Source: Macrostomum lignano (lineage: Eukaryota). From it: 64,000 nucleotides of DNA. The stretch's first letter is position 1. The number at the start of each line of letters is the position of its first letter. Shown piece by piece: positions 24,090 through 37,650 of this stretch. The notes under the pieces were generated by a model. It saw only the letters and a list, made by a program, of their open reading frames with translations. It ran no database searches and had not been told where the DNA came from. The position numbers and the translations under genes were made by a program. Location: the NCBI GenBank assembly GCA_002269645.1, contig NIVC01001255.1:1-64000 (forward strand). Reading direction: 5' to 3'.

Positions 24090-25610
24090 ATCTCTAATTT
24101 GAGAGAAAAGTACCAGCATAGCAATTTGCTGAAATAAAAATGGAAGTTTAGACGGTTTGTTTAATATCTGAAAAAACCATTTAATAGCATATACAGCAAT
24201 TTTATAATCTGCATAAAGTTGTTACAAAAAATTAAAAGAGGATTAAGCAACTTTGCCCCATATCAACTTCATTTTTTGATATATTAGGCCTAACCTATAC
24301 TGCTTGTTTTATACAAAAACTTGATCTTTGTTTAAGAATACAATAAGATACTATTAGAAAATATAAAAAATTAAAAGCTTCTACTATAATAATGCATCTA
24401 ACTATGCTAAATATTCAAATTCAAGAAGATAGAGCTTTGATTTGAATAAGAAATTTCTATATGCATAATGGTACAAAAATAGATATGCACAATTAATAGG
24501 ATGTGAAAATATATAGAAATTTGGCCTAGTATGACAAAAATATATATAAAAAATACAAAAATATAATATATTATACAACTTATAATAATACTTACACTCT
24601 GACACAATTGAGCATGTGGATTGTGACCCTTTGATCTTGAAAATGCATCAACTAGAAGTACATATAGAGGTAGAATAGCTAGGCTTAGTGGATAAGATTA
24701 AAAGAGAAACAGTGAAAATAGAATGAAATTATAATTTATATATTAGAAAGACAATATAGTATTACTTAGGCTACTATTGCAACTAAGGGTCAAACTGCAC
24801 AATACAGTTCTTCAGGTATGCTAGAAAAAATGCTTTTTTCATTTGCTACAGATATTTAAGCCTTGGAGTCCAAGGACTTGGTATACTAGCATTTTAAAAA
24901 TCTATGTTGGATTGAACTGATGTCTGCAAAAACATTCCTTGGCTCCCCAGGCTAGAATAAAAAGACAGTATTAAAATATATCATAGAACAAGAGCTACAC
25001 AAGGTTAAAAGGACATCAAAACTGAAACAAATTAGTGTTACTGTTAGTGATATTAATTACTATAAATATGAGTTATTATTATTAGACAAAGAACAGCGAT
25101 TGTTTGAAATTGTTCTTATTAGGATTTATTGAAAAGATAAAACTAACTACCAGCACTTATTTAGGGTATTCTTGTTTAGAATATTATAACCACTGAGAGC
25201 GTCAGAGACATGCATGATCATCATATGATCAACGGGCTGGGCTAGCCTAGCCTTGCTAGCACGCACGCACGTGGGAACATTTGAATAGGCAAGTATGCAA
25301 TAAACAAAATTGTGAAATAGCTTTAAGCTCCTTCAATTCAAAAAAGTTTTAGCTTCATTTAGAAAATCTGTGTTCTATACGTATTCTCAATTTTTTAAAG
25401 CTTTAAATTCTACACAAAAAAAGAAAAGCGTTTTGAAAAAAACTTTTGTTTAATCTCAATAGAACGAAAATATACTGGCACTTTATTTGATAAACGAGCG
25501 TACGTTCAAAACAATAGCATATAGGCTTTATATATATTTTGGCACCTTAAAAAACATTAATCAAGCAAAACTTCGATATATTTATTCGATTTATTCTTAA
25601 ATAAAACACA

Positions 25611-27035
25611 TGTGATGGGTTTCGACCTTTCAGCCCCCTTGTGGGGAAGCCTTCGGGCCTCAGGCCTCAGAAATAAATCAATTAGAGTCCTGGCCCCCAC
25701 TCCTGTCAGATGGTCTGCCCCATGGTAGCTTGATCGTGTGGCGAGCAGTCTAGGTCCTATAGCTAAGAGAGGGACAGCGAGAGACAAGCAGGGGGAATTT
25801 TGAAGGTAGAAATTAGTTAACCCGCAGGTTAGCTAACTCACTGCCACCAGCCCGTACGTCCTGGCTCACCACACCGGGACTCTCGAAATCGGGCTTCCGA
25901 CTAGAAGGGGCTTTGCACTTACCTGCCAACTAGGGTCTTTTTGCTGTCAATCTCGAAGTCATAGCCGATGATAAGGGACACTGCTGGGACTAGATCGCAT
26001 TGGCCATGCAGGTACAGAGGGGACTTGTGCAGGGGATTCTTGCAGTGGCGAGTCTATGGGGTAGCTACATGTACTATTACATTGCTAAATACGAAGATAT
26101 GTACTTTTGGCCTTCAACGCGCCAACTAGCCTCTCCTAGCGCTGATGATAGGCTAACTCGAACTTCAGAGACCGCATGATTCATTACCCGAGCCGCTTGG
26201 CTAACCTAGAGTGCACAAAGTACATCTCTGGCGCCGATTCTGTACTTCTAGCAGTTTTGCTCACTGATTTGAATGATTGATCGACTGAGAACTGCCTTGC
26301 CATTGGTCCACTGTGACCGGCGCCTACTAGCTTAGCTACTCATCTGAGCCATCGGCGAACAAAGAAATAAAACCGATAAAAATAACTGTTAGATTTAACC
26401 TTCTCCTTAAATCACTTCACACCTCAGATTGAATGGGAGTTTCAGACTACTAGCAGTATTATTAAGTGATTTCTGCCTCAGCAACAGCACTACTGAACAA
26501 AATGAGCAAAAGTGTGCGCCTAATTCAGCTACTGAAACAGGGGACAGATAGGGGATCACCCAATCAAGCAAGTCTAGGTAGCCTCTCACCTAGCCAATCA
26601 GAAACTCAGCAGCCGGAGACCAGGTAATCCACAGTGACCGAATCGGCTTGATGCTCTGTAGCTGTAGACTCGGGATGATGCTTTCACAGTCTTCGCAGAT
26701 AGCTAGCAGGTGATGATCTTCGTTTGAAGTTCGCTGCTGATGACCGGGGGATTCGTCCTTGATGATGATGGGGGGAAGTCGCAATCCGGGGATCAAGAAA
26801 CGACGGTCGCGCTCCGGGATGTCCCAAGCTAGGCTAAGGTCCCAGGAGGTTGAGGTCCGAGCGGGCCAAAAACACCGGTTTAAATAGCCGCCAACTGGAC
26901 CGCAGTTTGTTATAATGGAACACGTCGATTCTGATTGGCTGAGCCGTTTTGTTAAAATGAGCGCCGAATTTTCTGATTGGCTAAGCTTGTTGCTACCCAG
27001 AATCACGTGACCGGGAGATCCTATCAGTTCCCACA
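25611..27035 (-). mobile_element. Possible solo LTR
   Basis: Minus strand starts TGTGGG and ends CCCATCACA; two AGCCAATCAGAA boxes precede TATTTAAA; no matching TSD found. Confidence 0.3.
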
Positions 27036-29907
27036 GGGTCGTAAAAAGATGACAGGTGCGGCCATAAATCAATCAAAATCGCAACAAAATGATTTATGAC
27101 TTTTCGCGTAGGATTGACAGAAATTAATGAAAAAATATACATTAGAAAGCTCTTATTAAATAGAAAGTGAATATAATGAAGAGAAATTGCTAATCGCTAA
27201 TCCCAAAGTACTTTTAGGGGTAAAACGCATAGCTGTCAAAGCTGTCACACGCTTGAGTGAATCCTAACAATAGGCTGCCTATTGGAACAATAGGCATCTT
27301 GATGGCCTGTCAAAATGATGAGAAAAAAGCTACCGCCCGCATCCTCTCAGACCATCTGGCGCCCGTCTCAACACTGAGTGAGGCGCAGGTGGCTGTCAGA
27401 CCAACTTTGAAAGCGATGATTTACGACCCAAAAAGTTACGCCTTATGTTATTATGACTACTAGTATGACCAGACATTATAACTAGTATAGATTCTATGAC
27501 AATTTGCAGAAAAAGGATAAAAATGCCCATTGCCTACTGTTAGTAGGCTAGTAAGTTTAGAGCCCATGTGCTAGCGCGGGATTTGGGAAAAAGTGCGTCC
27601 TCATCACATGACGTACATGTATTTGATTAGGAAGATCTTTTTCTCTTGCTATAACAGCACTTTAATTTCTTGGTCTGTGCTTCTAGTATTCTCCCACGCA
27701 CTAAGTTTATTCAATATCTCTTTCTCTTTTTCTTAAATAAAAACCTAATAGTTACTCTATTCTATTCTTTTATTCTCATCTTATTTCAATTTTTCTAGGT
27801 TTCTTAACGCCATTTATGTGAGGCTTGCCCATTGTTCTCGTTTTATCAGACGCTTGACGGAATTGATAGCGATAATTACCTCTAACTTCAAAAAGTATGT
27901 TGGGATTGTCTCGATCTTGCCTTTCCTTACCGTTAGATTCCCCAGCGCTTTGTGTTGAATAGTTTGGCATATTTCATCGATACTGCTATGCTGAAACTCG
28001 TAAGTTAATGACGAGTGTATCTGTCACTTTTTAACGATTTATGCGCACATTTGTCATCTTTTCGTGATCCCGGGTGGCAAAAAAGATCTTTTGGTTGGAC
28101 TGGGTTTGGGTAGCAAAACGATCGAGCTCAGACAATCAGAAAATTTAACGTGCGTTCAACAAATCGGTTCAGCCAACCAGAATCGACGTGTGAAATAACG
28201 CATCGTGGGCCAGTTGGCAGATATTTAAATCGCTGATTTTTCCCACTTGGAGCTGCTCAATCCTCTTTCGGCGTACGGCTCGATTCTTTGAACTACGTAC
28301 ATTTACCGCTTTCCCGACGGCGACACATAACCTAGCTTCAATTGTTTTCACGTACTCGACCCCCTGATTCGACTATAAATTACGCAGGCACGCAGGCACG
28401 CAGGCACGCACTCTACACACGCGCACACATGGTGTACAGAGGCCCTGACTTTCTAACCGTCAGGCATGTACAGTCTCTGTGCCTTTTGGGTTGGCCTTCA
28501 TGTGTATAGATCGCACGAGAACCCCCGACCAATTTTCTGGCACAAGCCCCCAGGTCAATACTAAAAGTGAATTTTCGATTCGCTCCAATTAAATCTTAGG
28601 AGAAGTGAGTGGATTTAGTGAGAAAACGAAGGTCCTTTACGCTATGAAAGCTCACATGATGTGCTAAATTAGTAAGCAAAGACAAACGTTAACCAAAGGG
28701 AGAAGCTCTGTCCTCTAAGGCTCTGTCTGATCTGTCTACATCAGCGCTGCGAGAGGTTGATTAGTGTATTTTCGGTGAGAAAACCGTTTTACAAAATTCA
28801 GTGAAGTAATAGTACATTTAAGTAACCTAAAAACTCGCCAGCTTAAGAAACTCATGCAAGTTTTCTCAGATTTCGAAGGAGCTGGTTTGGTGAACCATTT
28901 CGCACGGCGCGTTGGTGGCGGCAGGTCAGCTTAAAATATCTTGATTAGCTAAAGTCCATCTTTCAAATTCGGTCTCTGTCTCGTGGCAGAGACAGGACCT
29001 ACTCGTGATGCCCGCCACATCTTTGCTACCTTGGGCTGCAGTTGAAGTGGACAAAAAGGCAGACAGCACCTGTCCCTGCGCAATCCTATGCGGGAGATGT
29101 TGTAGCTATAGTCTTTATTTGTATCTTTGCACAGCTTATTTCTTTCTATTTTACTGGGGTATAGCTCCTGTATCCATGCAATGCTCGAATCGAATGTGAT
29201 TTTTGTCAGATAAAATTGACAATTATAGTTAGCGGGCAAGAAACCGCGTTTCACGGCCCGCTGAGACTGTCTATGGTAAAATCCCACTTACTCCAATGCA
29301 CTCAGTCGGTTTCACGGCCCGCTGAAAATGTCTATGGCAAAGTCAGAAGACAGCAGGGTCAAGGGGGCGCTTAGCACACCAGCACTCGAGAGAAAGAAAG
29401 AGTGCCAATTCAGTACCTTCCTTTTACTTCACATGTCCATGAGCATAGAATTTGCTGTAGAATTGCAGAAAAATTTGACACAGAATTTGACCATAAGACA
29501 CAGCTTGGCGTAATGACAAACTCAACTGGCCATTATTTCAGCTTTAGCAGGCGTTTGAACCATAGACGATTAGTTAACTATGCATTTATTAACTGACATA
29601 AGGGAATAATGTTCGCAATAAAAGTAATAATAATAACAATAATAATAATAGTGAGAAGAAAAAAAGGATATTCAAATCAATTTAGCCACCAAAAAATGGA
29701 AAACGCGCACATTAAACACAAAAACAACACAGTAGTCTTAGACGGTTCATCAGAAGTTGCTCATTAAAAAAGAAATGTACAATTCTTAAAGTGGCATTTC
29801 TCGAAGAACCGAAATGCGCGTTCCGAATCCATCCGACCTGCAGATAAATGGGCATTGTAAAAAAATTCAGAGTCTCTATATAACCATTAGTATAGCCACT
29901 AAGTTAC

Positions 29908-31239
29908 TTACAATGTTGACATATTATACATGTACTTAACATGCTTCACCCGCATCTCCTGTGTCACCTCCACTGAAGCATAGGAGGTTGCACTGCTAGT
30001 TGTGGCAACACTTTGCTCATTTTCCAGTGTCTCATGCTGCTCAGGTGCTCTCTTCAGTGCACTGCTGATTGCTGTCGAGGCTGCACGCACGGCTCGGTCC
30101 CGTTTATGTGACAAGTACCTACGGACAGTTCGCTCGCTTTTCTGGCCTGTGATACACATTATGTCGCTCCTGTCATGTCCACCATCACCGAGATCTGATA
30201 TTCTGGTGACCCGAATGCAGTGGTTTGAGTAGACACGGTATAGAGCGCATGCTCGGCTTAATTGCTGCATGAAGCCAGCCATCCAGTTCAATCCTCGAAC
30301 CATCTAGTCTGAGAAACGAATTCCACCCGTTGAATAATCGTTGGCTAATGGTTTAGGGGAAAAGCTGTTGTCCCTCGTGTTCTCCGGCAGCAGGGCAGCG
30401 TACCGCAGTACAAGATCATGTTGCTCGCCGTACAATCGAGACTGCTTTCGGACGTCATCCTTGCAGCGGTTGGGATCAGCGGACTGGTTCTTCGTAGGCA
30501 TGGCAGGCAGCTCCAAATAAGGATTTCCATCGGCGTCAGTCTTTTCCTGTAGGGTTCCCTTTGTACGCATCTGCTTTAGGTGCTCCTGCCCCCTTTCACC
30601 AAACACGTAGAGGACAGTAAATAGAACTTCATTTTGCAACTTCTCACCCGTGCTCCTGTCGAAGTAGTCTCGCAGCTTCTCTAAATCTCCTTCATTGATA
30701 GGCTCGTACTGAGTGGTCACACCGCCGCTGTTGTGGAACTCACGAACATCAACTTTCAACATTCTGTTGGCACTCTCAAAATCACTTCCATTCACCAAAT
30801 TGATAGCACGATGCTTGACCAGATGGAGGTACAGTTCGATGCCTGCCCGAACGCATACAAGAGTAGATGGAGCATAGGGCTCTCCGGTCGTTTTCTTCAA
30901 ACCGAAATAGTATGAGTAGTACCGAAGGTACTCGTTAAGCTTCCAGGAAGGCATCGTCACGCAATTCTCTGCAGTGTTGTCCTGCAAGAACTTCTTCAGG
31001 GCTCCACCATGTCGCATCATTTGCTCCCTAGACGTCCTAGGCAGCGACTGAATTTCCACGGCATCAAGGTCGACTCCATCTTTGGCGGGAGGCAACTCCG
31101 GCAAGTCTCCAGAATCAGCCAGTGGATCTTCGAGCCACTTGATAAATGAACTCAATTCTACATCGTGTTGATGCTCCTTTGCACTTAGGTCAGATAGTAG
31201 TTCTAACTCATTACGAGTTACTCCGTTAAGGCTTTCCAC
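29908..31239 (-). mobile_element. Crypton-type (DUF3504) tyrosine recombinase ORF interrupted by one in-frame TAG at 30304-30306
   Basis: ORFs 30304-31239 and 29908-30303 are the same frame; motifs LKKTTGEPYAPSTLVCVRAGIELYL, LQNEVLF..FGERGQE (R), TKN (K), YSNHCIRVT (HxxR), IMCITGQKSERTVRRY (Y). Confidence 0.85.
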
Positions 31240-33424
31240 AGGAAGATGCGACCAATTGATAAGCGACTTAGTCGAACGAAGAAAAAGACAAAGCTCTGTT
31301 AATCCTCGCTCTCACTCATCTCCTCTACTTCTCGTCAGCTCAATCCTATCAACAGCTTATTCATTTATAGTCTATGGCCCAACAGCTTATTAATTTATAT
31401 TCTATGGCCCAACCACCGCCCTATCTATGCAGTCGCACGCACGCTGACTCTTACCCTGAAATAATGACCGCTTCCGGCATGCTGAAATAATGGCGGCCAG
31501 ACTACGCTATGCTGAAATAATGGCTTCTATGTGTCTTACAGACAATGACGTTGCTTATTTCAGTCCCTTACCTACTACGCAATCTACCATTGTTCCTTTC
31601 AGAATAAATATTGTTCCTTCAGTATAAATACGGTTGAACAGCAGCTTAATTTCTCTGATTGTGCTACGTTATTTTTGTTTTGAAAGACTAAACGGTGCTT
31701 GGAAAGTTCACAATACGCACAGTGTATTTCGCTTTCGAATATAATTACCAAAATGATAGTTGTAGTCATAGCGTTTTCTTGCTGCGATTAAAATATTCAC
31801 CAAAAATTGTTTCTTTATGCATGTCAGTAGAATGAGTTAAAATTCGCAATAAGTTCACTTTAAAGTCTGAGAGTACAATTAATTGACAAGAATGAACAAA
31901 TTAAGCAGCAGACAAACCAGGTAAGGCATTTTGATGATCTCTCTTATTTTTATTTTGAAGTTGCATTTCTCCCCGGATTTTGCTCTGTGGCAATCAGTTT
32001 TGCCTTTCGCCTGTCTGCAATGCCGGTCTTAGCTGTAGACGCTGCTGGCAGGCGTCGAATTGGCACCGGGATGCGACTACCAATGGCACTTGGTCTTGAA
32101 AATATACAAATGGTTGTTTGGTGACGCTGTAAATTCTGTTGCTGCTGTTGCTGCTGTTGTAGAGGCCTTGCTGACAAAACTCTTACTGGCAGGCCCGACT
32201 GATTTGACGCCTGGAAATAGATCATTACAGCTGATTAATATCTCAACTTCTCAAGAGGTGCTAATTAAAAATAATAACAACGTTGCATAAAAGCAGCCAT
32301 CAAGCAATAGTTGCGGAAATTGTAATTTTTTTCTAAAACAAGCAAACAAAGCACATTCATAGACAGTAACTTGGACGTTCCTGATTTTTTACTTACAACT
32401 GCATAATCTCTAATCATATTCCATGCACTGATAGCCGCGCAACCCTCAGTTTACATGATTGACAATGGTCTGTTACAACTGATCGAGTTTCATCCAGCCT
32501 GTTTAGTAGCGGCGAAGGTTGCAGCAACAACCTATTGAACAGTCTAGTATCGACTTTCGCCGCAGCTTCTTCTGACCAGCAGACCTTCTGGAGAGTCGCG
32601 ACCAAAACTTGCTAAACCCTGGAACTGTCTCTCTCTCAACTCAGAAAAATATCAAACAGATATTTGCTCTACACTTCGTGTTTCTTTGTTAACTGATACT
32701 TCATCGCAAACTTCACTCTTTCATCAAACGTGATATCCAGAACCTACGAGTATTTAATCGATTTTGTGCCATCTTGCACGCGACAGCTATGCCAAGTAAC
32801 TAAGTCTCTGGGCTTTTTCCCTAAAAGTCTGTAAACTTCCGCGAGAACTCTGATTATGGCTTATCATGGTCTCTAATATGATTAAAGTAATTTTTCATTT
32901 ATGCAGTTGCTTATAGCATTTCCTATTCTGAGTAAATGTAAAACTGTTGGCTAATACGAGCTAATCTACAATGAGGAGGTTACCAGCTACGAGTATAACA
33001 GATGCTTTTTATGGAATTTGCACCGAAAATCTCCATACCTACTAGCGTTGAATTGTAGTTTTCTAGAAAATACAAGTTAAAGTATTGATACAATTCCTAG
33101 ACACCTAGTCTCTCAGTTGGAGACACTAAACTAATGCAGGGCCCGTGTTTCCTTTTTCGCGTGGACCTTTGGATTGAAAACAGCGCAGGGATGTGTGCAG
33201 CATTGCCTTCGGCAAGCTTATCCTAAAATAACTAACAAAGGGAGGCGGCCAGACGGATCTAGATTAGATCTAGATTTCGGCCTTTTAGCATTAGGTCAGA
33301 ATGAAAACTATACTATGTGTGCCGAGAACACGTATAACCCTTGGCCCATATGGTGCGCAGCGGCTCTGTCTCTCAGGAAATGCATTTTGCGTAAATAGAC
33401 CCCGAAACAGTGAATTAAACGTCG

Positions 33425-33704
33425 GGGTCGCTTCACAAACTCGAAATTTTACAACCTCGAAAAGCACTTCCTTCACAAACCCGAAACTTCATAAGCTCGA
33501 AATTTCATATCCTCGAAAATTTTAGCAGGCGACTTCACAAGCTGCTAAAATGGTTTTCGAGGTTGTGAAATTCCGAGCTTATGAAGTCGCCTTCTAAAAT
33601 TTTCGAGGATATGAAATTTCGAGCTTCTGAAGTTTTGGGTTTGTGAAAGTGGCTGCTAAAAAGGTTTTCGAGGTTGTGAAATTTCGAGCTTGTGAAAGCA
33701 ACCC
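33425..33704. mobile_element. Foldback-like MITE built from modular inverted repeats
   Basis: Ends GGGTCGCTTCACAA.. and reverse-complement GGGTTGC..TCACAA..; internal CGAAATTTCACAACCTCGAAAA modules in both orientations; flanks AATTAAACGTCG / AATTGAACGTCG. Confidence 0.82.
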
Positions 33705-34984
33705 AATTGAACGTCGTATTCTAAATTGTTGATCGGAACGTCTTTATCTGCAGAACATGTACACTACAGCAGAACTTCCTTGAAAATCGTATTCATAGAA
33801 AAAACGTATAATTCCCGACTGAGATACTGGAGAGGACATCGTTGCCTACAGTTTGTCCCATTTGATGCTTTTGTGAATGGAACTCTATACGAACGTATTG
33901 TACTGCTTAGAGAACACGCATAACTGATTGAAATGCATATCAAATGTGTCAAATTTTTAGAATGATATAAAATCTCTATGTTTTTACTTGACTTTAAAAA
34001 TTTTCCTTAACAAACCTTTGTTGTGTTCGTTTTCTGATCGCCTGAAAGTGCCGTCATTGTGACAGACTGGTCAGCGCACAGGTGCACAGACTCGAGCAGC
34101 ACAGAGTACAGATGATAGCATGCCAATCCGTCCAACGATTTGTTCACGAGTTTATAGTGAAAGTCAATCTGCTGACAAAGCAACTGCTGGGCCGCGGACC
34201 GAACTACACGACGCAGTATGTGGTGCTGCAGCTGCTGCTCCTCCAAGGACTGTCGCTGGTCACTTTGCGAATTCGAATCGCTTGTAGCTTGCCAGGAAAC
34301 TATGCCCAAGGAAAAAGACCTGCAGACAGGATTTTTACGAAAGTTTGATCAAAGTTGGATTTCAGAATTAAAGCACTGCACAGCATATAATGTATTGACC
34401 GACATACCTTTTGCTGACTCTGTGTTGCTGCTCTGCATTCCGCTTCATTCTTGATGTAGATGCATCTACACCTGCCATCTCCAAAGCGGTTCAACATTTG
34501 ATTCGCTTTCTTTCTTAGTGTTCGGGAAGGCTTTTTAAGTTATATGTTAATTTAGTAGGCTGCTCAAAGGTGGCAAATAGGCCATAGACACTAAGGTAGC
34601 CAGAGAACGTCAGGCTTTGAATCTATATAACTATAGTTGCGCTTCAAAACTTAATTTCTGAAAACCTTTTGAATAATCTATCTTGCGCAAGGAAAGCAAA
34701 AGTATTGGCACACTATATTTTTATTGAAGACCAGTAAGGAAAGCAGGTATGGCGTTCTACACGCAACCGGCCATGAAGTACATGACCACTAAGACTCCAG
34801 CAAAATTGATACGACTGCAAGAGTGGCATTCCGTGCATCCAGTAAAAATTTTATCAGTGAAACTTCTGTTTGTTCGACATTATTTTAGCTCCTATATCCA
34901 AAATCTTCAAAATAATGGGCCATAGTCTAATAACCTTATTTCTGTCTTTTCAGAAAACACTACCTCTAGATTTAAATATATGGC

Positions 34985-35180
34985 CTGCTAGAAAGTAGAT
35001 AGATCTGCAAGAAAGTAGATAGATTTGCTAGAAAGTAGATAGATATGCAAGGACGAAGATAGATTTGCAAGAAAGTAGATAGATCTGTTAGAAAATAGAT
35101 AGATCTGCTAGAAAGTAGATAGATCTGCTAGAAAGTAGATAGATCTGCTAGAAAGCAGTTAGATCTTCTAGGAAGTAGCT
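34985..35180. repeat. 20-bp minisatellite (GATCTGCTAGAAAGTAGATA)n
   Basis: About 9 tandem copies. Confidence 0.9.
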
Positions 35181-36678
35181 GAATGAACTGAAGTGACGGT
35201 TGATTGGGTTGTGAGCTGAGTAACTGTGGGGGGTTTGTTTGTTTAACTTCGCTTAGTCACTTTGTTCGCAGCTTGCGATCTGCGTGTACTCAGTAAATCA
35301 TTGTGTACTCTATGCGTACTCTACTCTGTTCCATGTGCATCATAGCGCTAGCTATTGCCTCGCCCCTTAATCTCTATCATTTTGTACTCTCTCCCCTCAC
35401 AGTGCCACTGCATCAGTGAAATTCAATATTTACAATATTTTAAGCTATTTCTCTCGGTCTTTAACTCGTCAAGTAACTTTGGCTATTCTACAAATATATC
35501 GCAAGCATTCACATTGTTATTAAGCAACAATCAGCTCCTGACTTTCGCGTCACGTCATGAACGACGGTAATTTTTTCTCTTTTTGTTTTACAAGACTTTT
35601 AAAAATAATAATGGGCTTGAAGTCAGTAATCTTACAATTGGGTTTTAGAAGATAGCTAAGCTGCTAAAATGACCCATTGAATTCGGGATCTGTGCTCAAA
35701 TCTTTAATTGTTGTGTTGCTACACGTGATCGAACAGCCCCCTAAGATTGTTCTGCAGCGAACGAGCCTGGAGATGGCGTCAGCCCACTGACCGGACTGAC
35801 TCCGCTACTGAGCGTGGGATCGCGTCGAGGTAAGGCAGTCAGTCCGTCCCTAGAGCGTACGGTACCCACTTTGCTCGAGACCCAAATGATTAATGAACAC
35901 AGACGCGAGTCTTACTTTGACTTCCAATCGGCACGGCGGTGAGCAAGGCAGCGAGTTCGTCAATTAGTAGTATTGAGATTTCGATATTGAAGTTTGTTGA
36001 TTCTGTAGAGTCTAGTGTCAGGTGTCAACGGGCACACGCTCACCCTGCCCACCGCCAGCAGTTCTCTATTTATTTAGGCTGCCTGGCGTAAGCCCTAGGG
36101 TCTCACGCCAGACAGCATTATCAACAACCAACTTGTTGGCCAATCACCAGTTGACAAGGGACAAGGGAATTGACAAGTGCTAACAAAAAGGGGGAGAGAG
36201 GGGCCAGGCCAGCCAATCCGGCTGGGTACGCATAATAAGAAAAGGGGGCAGAGAATAAGGGCTGATACAAAACTGGGGAGGGGGGTTTAGCGCAGTCAGA
36301 AATGGGGGGGGGGGCTGACGCAAACAGAAAAGGGGGGTTGGCGCAGGCACGCGGCCAGGAGGGGTGGGAGTGCAGTGCCGGGCACACTTGACCGAGAGCC
36401 AGAGATTGCTCATCGGTGCAAGTGCACCCGGGCACAACATAATTAAGGTAGCTACTGAACTTCAACTCAAGGAACTCACCCTTACAACAGGCAACGCACC
36501 AAGAGAGAACGCCGGAGCAACCCTTGAACGACAACTTATAGTTTTCTGATACCCTTCATTTTCATAAAATGAATGAACGTTACGGATGAAAAGAATAAAT
36601 TGCTAGCTATAAACATTGCTGCAGAAAAGAAGAGCAGAATCCTCAACAGAGCTTAAGCATGTATTGAGGACGGGGGGT

Positions 36679-36838
36679 TATTCCCCACTTGGGCCTGGCC
36701 ATAAACTACCGAAACGCATTCATTCCCCACTTGGGCCTGGCCATAGACTACCGAAACGCATTCATTCCCCACTTGGGCCTGGCCATAGACTACCGAAATG
36801 CATTCATTCCCCACTTGGGCCAGGCCATAGACTACAGA
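36679..36838. repeat. 42-bp tandem repeat, about 4 copies
   Basis: ATTCCCCACTTGGGCCTGGCCATAGACTACCGAAACGCATTC repeated. Confidence 0.9.
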
Positions 36839-37429
36839 AGCGTACAAAAACTTCTCTAAATGTAACTCGGTTGATTAAAGCAGTGCTATAAAGTTACTAT
36901 TTTTGTTTAAATAGACAAGGATTCATTCCTGGATCTATTATAGGATCTTTACAGGCCATCGAATGTTTCTTCAGCATAGAAATTATTACCCGGAAAATAG
37001 AAAGGCTCATTTATACACAAGAAACTTCGTCAAGCTCAGGTGAGAACTTTTTTTAGGAAAATAACCCACTCATGACTCTTCTCTTTAGATTGCGTCGAAA
37101 TACGAGAGCCGGCACGTTCTGTCTACCGGATAAAAATATTGAATCTCTAGCCAAGGATAAGACTTGACTTGCATGACTTGACGAATTCGAATACAACGAC
37201 GCGAAGGAAGAAAAAATGAAAACTGTTACACTGATTTTAAAACATGGCATTAATTAAAGCCAAATATGTATCTGCTCAGTGTAAATGTTTTGACTGCAAT
37301 ATCCTTATTTTTATCATAACTATTAACACTGCTCAAAGACTAAGAATCGGCAAAGTTTTTACCTCAAGGGTTCGATGAAGAATCTAGCTTACGAGTATGG
37401 CTGCTAATGGCTGCTCATACCTCATGACC

Positions 37430-37650
37430 AGATGAGAGAGGAAAGGAGGGGGATTAAATGGGAGAGAAGAGGAGGAGATGAAAGATGAGAGAAGAGGGGA
37501 GAGTTAGGAGAGGTGATGAGGGGAGAAGTAAGATAAGAGGATAAGAGAAGAGAAGGAGAGGAGAAGGAATGTGAGAGAAGAGAGAAGATTAGGCAGATGA
37601 GTGAGGAGAGGAGAGTGAAGAGAGGAGAAAAAGAGAACTGAGGAGAGACA
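37430..37650. repeat. GA-rich polypurine low-complexity tract
   Basis: Almost exclusively G/A on the plus strand. Confidence 0.85.

Noticed and set aside
36023-36533. Second solo-LTR candidate (TGTC..GACA ends, AATAAA on the minus strand)
   Set aside because: Flanks TCAGG and ACTTA do not form a TSD, and there is no second copy in the window
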